A stretch of 32,292 nucleotides of DNA from Dugesia japonica. Taxonomy: Eukaryota. The position numbers and the translations under genes were made by a program. The DNA lies in contig MQRL01509441.1 in NCBI GenBank assembly GCA_001938525.1, positions 1 through 32,292 on the forward strand. The letters are read 5' to 3'. The notes below the pieces were generated by a model that was not told the DNA's origin, searched no databases, and saw nothing but the letters and a program-made list of their open reading frames with translations. Numbering within the stretch: the stretch's first letter is position 1; the number at the start of each line of letters is the position of its first letter. Of the stretch, positions 1-12,700 are shown piece after piece.

Positions 1-348
1 AAAAAAGTATGCAAAATATTCTTATTTTCAGAATAAAAATTAATAATAAATTCAATAATTATGGGCATCATGGGCTCCTAAAGAACAGACTTGTATATAA
101 ATGATACTGAAGATCACTTTAATTTAAGTTCAATAATCCATGCTATTCTTTTATTACATTATAAAGTAGTTATCAGCTTTCTACATCTATTGGTAATTTA
201 ATAAATAAACATGATGCACGGAGCTCATTATTTCAATATAACTACGTTTAATATAAAACATTTATAATGATTTTATAACACTACTAATATAATTCTATAA
301 TTTTAACATGGTTCTAAATTTTATTTTAATATTTATCATAATTTTATA

Positions 349-352
<4 letters not shown>

Positions 353-409
<57 letters not shown>
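353..409. repeat. (AAT)n microsatellite running into an assembly gap
   Basis: Uninterrupted taa/aat repeats followed by an N run. Confidence 0.95.
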
Positions 410-519
410 NNNNNNNNNNNNNNNNNNNNNNNNNNNNNNNNNNNNNNNNNNNNNNNNNNNNNNNNNNNNNNNNNNNNNNNNNNNNNNNNNNNNNNNNNNN
501 NAAATTACATGAAATCTAG

Positions 520-742
520 GAAAATATTCTCAATGCTTGGCGAAACTAACAATAAACTAGCTATGGAACGATTGAATTGGGCTGCCAATGTTGAAAATAA
601 TGTTTTGGAAAAGCTTAGAATATGTTATGAAGAATTAGTTCCTTCATTAGTCAAAAGCCGTCGGCAGTTATGGAAACAAAATTCTGATCTTAAAGCTCTT
701 CAGGACAGATTAAAGTCTCTTGAAAGTAATTCCAGTGTACTT
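520..742 (+). CDS. BAR-RhoGAP exon A (BAR domain)
   Basis: tctag|G acceptor; [64 protein letters not shown] resembles the RICH BAR segment (E.E.P.I.K.RKQL...D); donor CTT|gtaagt at 743, phase 0. The start is less certain because an N gap lies just upstream. Confidence 0.85.
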
Positions 743-3700
743 GTAAGTGTTTAAACCAAAATATATTTATAGCAATCCGTAAATTTTTTATTTACATATT
801 GAGATATTGATTTTAAAATTAAAAAAACCGTTGTATAAAAGTAATTATTTAATAAATTTTAACTTTGAATCGGAGATGATGAAAAAATTGAATAACACAT
901 GTTTCATTTATTAGGAAAACAGAATATAATATTTTTTGTTCCAAACTAATTTGACTTAATCTGATTGGTAAATTATTTTATTTCATTATTATTATTATTC
1001 ATTACTAAAATTTTATATTTCGTCAAGTTGATAAACATAGAACTTTACCTATCAATTTAATTGTGAGATAATTAGAAATTTTAAATGTTAAATTATTTAG
1101 ATTTGTAATAAACATACGGTTTAGGCTCCACTTTGTTTTAATAAAAAATTTAAGATAATTTTTTAAAAAATCAAAAAATGTTGGCAACTTTTCCATAAAA
1201 AGAAAAGAATGCCATATTTTTTTGAAAATTTTAAAATCTAATAAATAGTTATAAAAATAAATGAAAATAAACAATTAATAATAAATTTTATCCATTTAAA
1301 TTGTAAAAATATTTAAAATGTGTTTCTATAGATAATACAAACAATAATTTCCTGCAAATTTTCTTCAATTGTTTAGCTATATGAGCTTCTGATTCAGGAT
1401 CAATAAAGTTAATGGGATTGTTAGTTGAATTTTGTGAAAACTCATCGAATCATTAACATCAGAATTCAAATTCATTAAAACGATTTATAAATTTAAAAAA
1501 AACTATAACATCATTAGTTAATTAAACAAGCAAATTTAAAAATCCATATTCAAAAACTGAAAAATCAAATATTTAATTTTATATTTTATTATATTTAAAT
1601 TATATTTGATTTTTAATAAAAATTTATTTAATAAACATCTTTTATTCATTTCATTTTATATTTTATTCTTTTTAAATTATATTTAATTTTAAAAAAATAC
1701 GTTACAAAATAAATTTAATTTTATATTTTAGTCTTTTTAAAATATATTTGATTAAAAAAAATACATTAAAATAAAAATCTTTTATTCATTTCATTTTATA
1801 TTTTTTAAAAAATCCTTAAATTTTAGTAATTTATTTTATAGTTTATTTTCTTNATTTAATTTTAAATATACTTTTGATTTTACTAAATTTCGTTTTTAAA
1901 GATAAAAAATTTTAAATCTGTTCTTTTAAAAAACTATCTTATAGGGATGATTAACAGTTAAATGAATATATAATACTAGCAACTCGGAAATATTAAAATA
2001 TGCGCTCCATATATCAGTAACTATGGTGGTATAAGGATGTACGAATCTCTTGATAATTGGTAGTTATATATTTGCATTACGATGAACAACTAAGACTTCC
2101 TGTGTTCGAGTTTGCCTGCACTGAAAATAATATAATTTGCATACATCTTTCGTAGTTAAAACCATGCATCTTTTATATATCCAATTTCTTTTCGAAAATT
2201 TATTTTCTTCACTTTTAAATTTTCTAGACATTTAAAAATTAATCACAAGCTCAGTAGCCAACTTTCGAAGTCATCATCAGATAAGATCATTTTCGAATAT
2301 AATTTTTGCGCATTAAAATTTCTAAATTCAGATAAGGAATCAACACTTAATTAAAAAAAAATTCAATTCACAAAAAATATTCCAAATTAAGCTTATCTAA
2401 TGATGAATTCGAAAGTTGATTACTGAGCCTGAGATTGATCTTTATAAAACGTATTTGAATATGTGATATATTAATAATACTTTTTAATACTACTTATAAT
2501 AATAATTTAATGAAAATAATTGTAATTTATAGTAAATTTGCAGGAAATGATTGCTTATATTATTCATGTTTATTTTATTTATTTATTTCATGAATTTACA
2601 ATTTAAATGAATAAAATTATCTTTAATTAATTATTTAAACAAAGGTGGNNNNNNNNNNNNNNNNNNNNNNNNNNNNNNNNNNNNNNNNNNNNNNNNNNNN
2701 NNNNNNNNNNNNNNNNNNNNNNNNNNNNNNNNNNNNNNNNNNNNNNNNNNNNNNNNNNNNNNNNNNNNNNNNNNNNNNNNNNNNNNNNNNNNNNNNNNNN
2801 NNNNNNNNNNNNNNNNNNNNNNNNNNNNNNNNNNNNNNNNNNNNNNNNNNNNNNNNNNNNNNNNNNNNNNNNNNNNNNNNNNNNNNNNNNNNNNNNNNNN
2901 NNNNNNNNNNAAAAAAATGTATTATAGTTATTTTAAAAATTACATTGCATTATTTATGAATTTTTTTATTGTGTTTGGAATTGCTGATTGAAATTATGAT
3001 TAATATAATATTTTGTAGTCGTAACTGTAGAATTTATATTGAACCACAATAATTAAGTATTTTCTTCTGAAATTCAATATTACTTTTTAAAAAATCCTCT
3101 GAAAATGAAATGTCATTCAATTCTAGTTTTTAATGAAATTATCAAGTTATTGGATACTCGTTATTATCTGCGACATACATAGATTTATGCTTAATACCTT
3201 TTTAGATATAAAGCGCACTGGCAACTATAATTACACCCATGTAGCGTTGATTCCATTTTAAAATTTATTTTAATGAAATCGTTGAATAAAACTTATTTTT
3301 TAAAATTAATTCGATTTGTTAAAAATTGTTTTGATTTAAAGATGTTTTAGTTGTATATTTATTTTATTAATAAAGTTTACGTAATATAAAGTTAACATAC
3401 GAAACTTATTTGTTAATTTATCTTAATTAGAGTCCAAATAGCCCGATCTTGCCTCACAATTCTCATTTACAAAATTCATCAATTCTCTCTACAAGTCCGA
3501 TGTTCTCTGAACCATCTATTTCTAACAGTGTTCTTAATTCATCTCTCAATTGTGTTTCGAATTCTAACACTCAAAATGGTCAATTTTCATCTCATGAGAA
3601 TTCAAAATTAAATCAACTAAAATCTACAAGAGATGAATTGGAAAGTCAAATAGACCACTTAAAAGTAATTAATATAATTATTATTATTTGTTTTAATTAA

Positions 3701-6700
3701 ATATTTGAAGTTTACAGATAAAAGTTTTCAAAAAAAATTATCAACATTTAAAAAATTTCAAAAACTTATTATTTTATGGTATATTTCCACCGATTTAAGT
3801 TCAAATAACTTAGTATTTCAAGGTTTTATTTTGAGAATTTTACAGGGTTTCTATATCAATTTAATTGATTTCCAATTCTTTTTGATATTTAAAAATAAAT
3901 AAAATAACAATAAAATGAAAAATATATAAAAGAACAAAAGAATGATAATAATAATAACATAAATCGATTTCAAACATTTATTCAATATTTCTCACCTTTT
4001 TAAGTATTAATCGAAAGATTCCAACAAAAATAGTTCGGAGTAATTACATTTATATTATTATTTATCATAGACATCGATTCCTCATAGCTACTAGGTTATT
4101 TTAAATATTATTTTTCAATTTTGCAAACATATTTTCAATTGGATTAAATTAAGGAGTATGTGATGGTATAAAGCGTATTTGATGATTTATGGATTCAATA
4201 AGTTCTCTTATGTTGGGACATTTATGAAAAGGAACGTTGTCCATAACATAAAATTCGGTTGAATCCAGGGAATTCACCCAAATTAAGAATTCATTGAAGA
4301 AGGTTGTAAAATCAACATTATTAAATAGATAGTTTTGATTTTTGATAAAATTTCACCTACCATTTTAAACAAAATTTTGAAAATTTTAATATAATAAATG
4401 CATAAGTGTAAATATAAACCACTAAAATCTAAAATCTTATAAAAACTCATATAAACCTTTTAAAGTGCTGTTTAAATAAATCATATTTTAAAAGCTTTAA
4501 TGAGAAATAATCATATTTCTAACGAAGATCGAAAAATTGTTAATATGTACCATAATGGCAGGGCGGTAACAGGAACAGCCAGCATTATTGGATTTAAGGA
4601 ACCCTCCACACATGCTGTTCTTAAAACCTTTAAAAATCAACATGCTACAAAAAAATTCTTTTAAGCTAGATCATGAAGAAAGGATATTTCTGAAGAGAAT
4701 CAAGTCGATATTCAGTCATGGATTGATGAAGATTGTTGTCCTACATTAATTGCAGTCAAGGAAATATGCATAAGTCAAGTTGGGTTGAGTGTAATCGTAT
4801 TCATAATAGACAGATGAATCAAAATGAACGAGAATTAATTAAATCAAATTAATAACAATTCGAGTCTTATTGGTTCTGCTGATTGCAATAATTTCTATAA
4901 AAAAATGCTTGATTACGTTCCAAGATGTAGACGTGATAAAACTTTTGATTAAATCTTTTTTTCAAAATTTCTTTATTTTTCATTTATAAACTTTTATTTT
5001 TTTTACATTTATATTTACAAAAATTATTCGATTTAAATTTTTGTCAAAATACGGTTAAATTGAATGGGAAATTTATTAAATTGAACTGAAATCCCTGTAA
5101 TTTAGATGTTTTTTCAGTAACAAAATAAAATAAAAAAATCTCGCATATATTCAGTTTCACGACTGACTTTGATTTTTTAACAAGGAGCGTAATGATTAGT
5201 TTAAAATATTTGAAAATATAATAGTCTTTATTACATAATCTTGAAATACCATCGAAAACTTAATTCAATTTCAAATCTAAGGTTAAATTGAAAATTTACT
5301 GTAATATGATATTATTTATTTAAAAAAAGTTACTTTATTTTTATTTATTAATTATTTACTGTATTTTCAAGTGTATAAGCCGCACTATCTGATAATCTTT
5401 ATCCGAAGTCAACCAGTAAAAAAACCAGTTTCNNNNNNNNNNNNNNNNNNNNNNNNNNNNNNNNNNNNNNNNNNNNNNNNNNNNNNNNNNNNNNNNNNNN
5501 NNNNNNNNNNNNNNNNNNNNNNNNNNNNNNNNNNNNNNNNNNNNNNNNNNNNNNNNNNNNNNNNNAAATAATTATCATGTAATTATTATGTAATTGTTGC
5601 ATCATCACATAACTATTGTATAATGGTTATTTGATCACTCAATGAAGTAGTACCGGAGGATATTTACATTAATATTACTGTTAATATTGCCTGGAAAATA
5701 TTAATATTAATACTGTTGTGGGCAACATCTAATATCATAGGGAAAATAAATTTTTGTATTTATTATTTCAAGGATTTTCAATAGTTTTTATATTATTTAT
5801 AAGGATTTTATCATCAAGACATACAGATTTCAATATATATTCACAAACTTTTAAGTCACTATATGAAAATTCATCGCATTATAATTTCAATCAACCTATT
5901 AAAATCGTAATCCATCACACTAAAATTACATTTCATCTCATACAATTCTAAGCCGACATAAAAAGTCAATTCCTGACNNNNNNNNNNNNNNNNNNNNNNN
6001 NNNNNNNNNNNNNNNNNNNAAAAAAAACAAAAATTTTGATCGGAGCTTTTTTTAAAATATTATTAATAATTTTATTTAAACATAAATATTAACAATGGTT
6101 TCTCTTGGAAAAGCAGCTAATAAAAAAAATTTCCATCACCTTAAAAAAAAGTTTACATTACTCGAGGAGTGTCTAAAATTTAATATTGCCNNNNNNNNNN
6201 NNNNNNNNNNNNNNNNNNNNNNNNNNNNNNNNNNNNNNNNCTAACATTTATCGGGTAACATTTTACTTTTTTATTCATTGTATAAATATTTTATCAATTT
6301 TTAACTACGTTATCATTGTTCAGCGTAAAATTCCACGTTGAATTATGGTTTATTAACTAACCATTAGTTGATATATTTCACTTAATTTAAACAAAAAAAA
6401 TTATTTCGGGTGATTNNNNNNNNNNNNNNNNNNNNNNNNNNNNNNNNNNNNNNNNNNNNNNNNNNNNNTGATAATCTTTGGGTCTCGTAAAAATTACATA
6501 ATAATTCCGTGATTACGTATAACTTATGTGGTGACTGTGATGATTATGCAAGGAATACATAAGTAATATGCATTTATTGCATAAGCCTTGGTGTGTTTTA
6601 GTGCGCTGCTATCTATCTACTCACATATAGATACAATTACCGGTATGTGTTCAATTTACAAACAAAAACTGCTGTTTTTTAAGGGTTAATATTACCCAAG

Positions 6701-9700
6701 ATTCTCTCTTATACACGTAAAAATATGGTATTACAAAATTAAACTTAACATTTTCTATTAGCCAATTTCAATTACGTGAATTCAAATTATCTGCAAATTA
6801 AATCCTAAAAAACATTAAAAATGGAAATTTATAATTTTATCCAAATTTTTCAATAATGATTGTGATTTACACNNNNNNNNNNNNNNNNNNNNNNNNNNNN
6901 NNNNNNNNNNNNNNNNNNNNNNNNNNNNNNNNNNNNNNNNNNNNNNNNNNNNNNNNNTAATAATTTGCTACGAAAAAAATTGGAAATCAATATTTTGTCA
7001 AATTAATAAATTTATTTATTCTTTTATTCGAAATTACATTATTTTTCTTAACCTGTCAACTGAAAAAATATAATGCTTAAATTTTTAATATAATGTTTAG
7101 ACCTTAAGTTAATTCTTATATTTTAAATTCACTTAAAATGGAATATTAAAATAAATTAAAACCTCTAACACCTGCGAAAAAAGTTTTGAAAAGCTTGCTA
7201 GTCGTAAAGCTGTTTTAGCCAATAAAAATTTAATCAGTGGTCGAGGTCAAATGTACGCTGCTGAATATGCTAAAGAAAAGATTNNNNNNNNNNNNNNNNN
7301 NNNNNNNNNNNNNNNNNNNNNNNNTTTTTTTGTTAGAACTGAATCTAAATTGGCCTTAATAAACTTAAGGGTATCAATAAAATTGCACCAAAACTCAAAG
7401 GTCTTAGAATTATTCCGTTTGAAGCAAATCAACAATTGTGTATTTTTTAAATTGATCAAGGCTTCATTACTAAGGAAAAGATTAGTTAAATCATACGTTG
7501 GCGTTATCCTTTTCATAAGATCGTTAAAAAATTTTAAATTTTAATTAAAAAATAGTAATTAGTATTTAAATATTTAAAATTAAATAAATAAGAATAGAAT
7601 ATAAAAATAAAAGAAGTTTTAAAATGATAATTTAAAACTTCAGATGTATTTAATTCTATTATTATAAGTAGCTTTCATATACACGGGTTTATTAACTATA
7701 AAAAAAATATTTTCTTCAATTTTTTAAAGTTAATTAATAAACATTGATCAACATCTTTATTAGTTGTGGTAACATGTTTTTACTAATTTTCAACAGTAGT
7801 ATTTATTGGGACATTTTTGTTTTGTATAATTTAATTATAATAATTTGTGACGATGAAAACTGGAAATTAATATTTTGTATAATTAATAAATTAATTTATG
7901 TTTTTATTAAAAAATACATTATTTTTAATAAAACTTTTCAACTGGAAAATATATAATATTTAGATCTTATTTCAATCAATCCTTTTAAGGACTATTAGGA
8001 CTTAGATTGGGTTAAAAATTGTTCGTTTAATCTTATATTGGTAAGGAATATTTTGTAACTCGAGCAAATTTTATGTTTATTAAAAAATGAAAGTAATAAA
8101 AAATTTATTTTTTAAAATAAAACTTTTCATCTTTAAACTTTTCCCGTGGAAGTATTTAGAATTAATGTTATTTAGAGATTTTTGTAAAACATTTTTTCTG
8201 ATTTTAATATTAAAATTAACTTTTGAAATTATAATTATATTAAAATGTTCATGTTTTTATTGGGTGGTGTGGATAAAACTGATTTTTTGAATATAAGATA
8301 ATACAATCATATACAACCTAATATTTTACGGAAGTATTCAAGTGCTTTAATTTATATTTGGAATAGATTAAATTATTTCGACAAATAATTTAATCACTTT
8401 TATAATTATCAATTAACATTAAAAATGAGAGATGTGTACACTTTTATTTATGAACGTAAACCGTTAAAAAATCTAAAGATACATAATTTACACCGAAAAC
8501 AAATATTAGAATTATATAAAAATAAATGAACAAAAATTATTTTCTATTTTACTAGAACAAATAATGTCTTAACATAATTACTTTATCATTTTCAATATCT
8601 TAATTTTTAAAGCAATATTCATTAATTCGTTTATCTTTTTGAAACTATAGCATCATCATTAAATGCTGCGTTAATCAATTAACGTTTTTAGGATTTGTCA
8701 CTTCGAGAACATTATAAATTCGAAAGTTCTGTAATTGATATATCAAAAGCATTTCTTAGTATGTTACGGAATGAAGCAAATTATCATCAACAATGTTTGA
8801 GATCCATCGGACAAGTACTGCCAGATTTAGAGTCACTAATAGGTTAACTTTATTTATTTGTTAATAATTTTTAAATTATATTTTTTATGTGTTATTCATT
8901 TATTTATTATGTTTTGATGTATAAATAATATTCTGATATTTTATTTATTTTCCTGTCAATATTATTTAAATTTAACATTGTTGATCAAGTAATATTTCCA
9001 TTTTTATACTACATTTGGTATTTAATATTTAAAATAATAATAGATTTATTAATATTTATTATATTATTTTATTTTTTATTCATTTATGTTATTATTTTAA
9101 ATATTAAGTATTTTATTTGTAACTTTAACATTAAAAAATGTCTTTTAATTTAAAATATTTATATTATAGTAACAATATTTGATTTGATCGATTATTTTTT
9201 TAAAAAAAATTTAAAAAAATTTTTTTTAAGCAAGATAATTGAATATCAAATTTTTTGAAAATATTTAAATTTTATAAAACATTGATCTGAAAAATATAAA
9301 TACTATTTTGAAATTTATTCATTAATTTACTCATTAATTATATTCATTAAATTTATATTTATTAATGATATTAATTGATTATTGTCATCATAAAAATCGA
9401 AATTTATTTTGGGTGGATATCTAAAATGTTTTGAAAAATCCAGTAAATTTGGTAATAGTTTTTTATTATTTTACAATTTGTACTCACACAAGTTTATAGT
9501 ATATTAATAGTTTCGTTTTTAAAGTCATTCAAGGTATTAATTTAATTTAATATTCCACATTGTATGAAATCGATCCTTATGAGAACTATAAGGACTTAGT
9601 TGGGATTCTTTTAATCTTATATTGGTAAGGTATATTTTGCAATTCGATAAAATCTTCTGTTTACGAAAAATGAAAGTAATAAAAAATTTATTTTTTCAAA

Positions 9701-12700
9701 ATAAACTTTTCACGTGGAAGTATTTAGAATTAATGTTATTTAGAGATTTTTGTAAAACACGTTAAATTTCTGATTTAGATATTAAAATAAAATCTCTTGA
9801 AATTATAATTATATCAAAATTTTCATTTTTNNNNNNNNNNNNNNNNNNNNNNNNNNNNNNNNNNNNNNNNNNNNNNNNNNNNNNNNNNNNNNNNNNNNNN
9901 CAAGTGGTTATTATGCAGTTTTACCTTAGGCGATAAAAATAGAAGAATATGACATTAATTTTAAAAGAGATAAACTGAAAATTAATTTCTAAATGAATTT
10001 CTTTTGTTTTACTGAACTAAAATTTGAAACATTTTTTTATTTATATAGATGAATTTCTATCAAACCACATTATTAAGATAAACATGATTAACAATATATG
10101 CTTGTTGAAAAGTTTCTATCGAACTTAATTACAATAAAAAAATTGCTACACCATATTTCTTAATATTTTGAAAAAAATATTTGTGTTGATTATTGGATTA
10201 AAACATCGATTTTAAGTCAAGAAAAAATTTTTATATTTAAAATTAATCAGTATTGATAGTTTAAAATACATTCTATGATAATTTTATTGTCATAAATAAC
10301 AGAGAAGTATTAACACAAAACATAATTAATAATACTTAAATTTATTTAAATAATATTTTCAAATGTTTTATCTATCACAAGTAAAACTCTATTTTTGATC
10401 AATGCGAACGTTGACATTGTTTTTCAGCGCAAATATGATAGACGAGAGGCTAAATTTTTGAAAGTCAAACACACACTTTCGCGTCTATCATTTGAGGTTT
10501 CTCGTAGTTCTTTGATTTCATTTCTTTGAGTGCTGAAAATCCATGCTCGCAACGATAAGAACATATTGATAGTTCAACCGAAGTTCTTAACGAAAATATT
10601 TTAATAAATAAATTATCTTCATAGCTTATCTTCATAAAAGAAGTTCGAAATTTTAAAATTTCAATATTTGAAAATGAAGTATTGGTAATTAATTTAAATT
10701 AATTAGTTAGTTTAATAAAATAATTTTTGTTGCATTAATTTTAAAATTTGAAATAATTTGAAATAAATATCTTTCGGAATAATTTTCAAATAAACGTTTA
10801 AAAAATTTAATTTGTATTAAAAATTTTTTTAATGAAATTTCGAAAATTTAATTAAAAATATTTTTGGTTAATTAGACAATTTTATCAAATGATAATTTTC
10901 GAAAATTTATTGTTTTTGAATTTTTTAATTTCGGTTAGAATTAAATAAAAATGTTTAGCTTGTTTGAAAAAACAAATGTGTATAGTTTGTGTTTTAGTTT
11001 TGTTTTGTGAATAAATCTTTTATGGAAACCAGTTTTAACATTAATTATCCGANGAATACTTCAAACTCATCTAACAGACAATATTTTGTTATTTTTTATT
11101 ACTGGTTAAATGAATGGTTCTCAAACATTTTTGGTTCGAGACGCCACTAGGATATTGAAATTTTTCCACGGTGCCCCAACTCTACTTTCAAAATCTGACA
11201 TTAATTTACAATATTTATTAAAAATCTAAATTACAACAATTTTTAATAATAGTTAAACAAAATGTTAATCACTGTAACTCTACCCTTCTTCTAAATGCTT
11301 TCCACTTCTTTAACTATTCTATTCGTCTGTACTTTGAACCGTGGGGAAATTTGATTTCTACTTGCCGATCTGTTATGAACTTCATTATCTGATATGGTCT
11401 TTCATATTGGAAATAATTCTTCTTTCTTTTGTGTGGTTCTACACGAACTAACACCCGCTCCCCCACTTTGAAAATTCTCTGTCCACGCTTTTCATTTTCA
11501 AAATGTGTCATTTTATTAGTTGCTCCATTTAAATTTTGTCTAAACGTCTCTAGATTAACTATTTTGTTTTCAGAAATGGTTTCTGTTTTTGCATGCAAAT
11601 TTATCCCACTTCCAAAAATAATCTCAAATGGTGACAATTTTGTTGACTCTTGAACAGTACCGTTTATACTGAACTCAATTCTTGGAAGTAACGCATCCCA
11701 GTTTTTCCAGCTACAATTTCCTTTAAGTAACGTTTTAATCATATCTCTTATCGTCCGAATCATTCTTTCAACCAGCCCATTCGATTGGTATTGGTACGGA
11801 GAGCTAAACTCTTGTTTAATATTAAACTTCGCTAACTTCTTTGACATGTATTTACTTTCAAACACTTCCTCTTTCAGTTAATATGCTCTTTGGTTTTCCG
11901 AAACGATAATATTTGTTCAAAATTATTCCGAAAATTGTTTCTTCACCTATCTTTGATACCGCTGATATACTTACTAGTTCGCTAAAACGATCGATCATCG
12001 CAACCATATACTTTTTATCTGATGACACTGTTTCCATATGTGAAGTATTTACCACAATTTGTTCCAAAATATTTTGACACTTTCTAGATAACTTAAGTTC
12101 TTTGTTCTTCCTTGATCAATTTTCCTTTTTGCACAAATCACACAGTCATTCAAATTACTTTTAATAGTCTCCATCATTTCAGGCCAGTAATATTTATTCC
12201 CTAAATATGAAAATATCGTCTTTATTCCTAAATAACATAATTTTTCATGAATATATCTGATCATTACAATTATTATACTCGTTGGTGCTATTATCACATT
12301 TTGATTTTCTCTTTCTATGACTATGAATGAAATTACTGTAACTGGTCTATGTTTATACAAGTTTTAATTTTTTGGGTTAAATGTCTAATTATTACTTCTA
12401 TATTATAAATGTTTTTTTGTAATTTATAGTTTAGTATCACCATAGATTTTGATTATAAGTCAATAGATCCTTATTCGTTCTTGGGATTCGCTACTTTTAT
12501 AGAAGGTCTCTAATATTAGAAAATGATATATGGCGCACAGTTTGGAAACCACTGGGTTACAGTATATTTTAAGAACTATTAATATTATTAAAAAATTTAT
12601 TAATAATAAAAATATTTAAATGTTATCAGCAATCTAAAAAAATATTTTTTATTACGTTCTAATTTTTCTGATTGTAATAATTAAAAAAAGTACTTGACTT

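Noticed and set aside
1023-1274. Short F/I/K/L/N-rich ORFs (also 3705, 5754, 7744, 8087, 15998, 16388, 20300, 23744, 26746)
   Set aside because: Composition expected from AT-rich non-coding DNA; no motifs or consistent splice context in those frames.
2645-2959. ORFs made mostly of X (also 5371, 5399, 20096, 20119, 22598)
   Set aside because: Artefacts of assembly N gaps.
5566-6570. Short inverted and satellite-like motifs between gaps; considered as an array
   Set aside because: Fragmented by N runs, with no constant repeat-spacer periodicity; not CRISPR-like.
7247-7544. Overlapping ORFs on both strands across a gap
   Set aside because: Only a vague transposase-like MKRITP motif; exons B and C already join in phase without it.
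11429-11653. ORFs antisense to transposon remnants (also 15548, 15600, 16932, 17500, 19152, 19403)
   Set aside because: Shadows of integrase or transposase coding sequence on the other strand.
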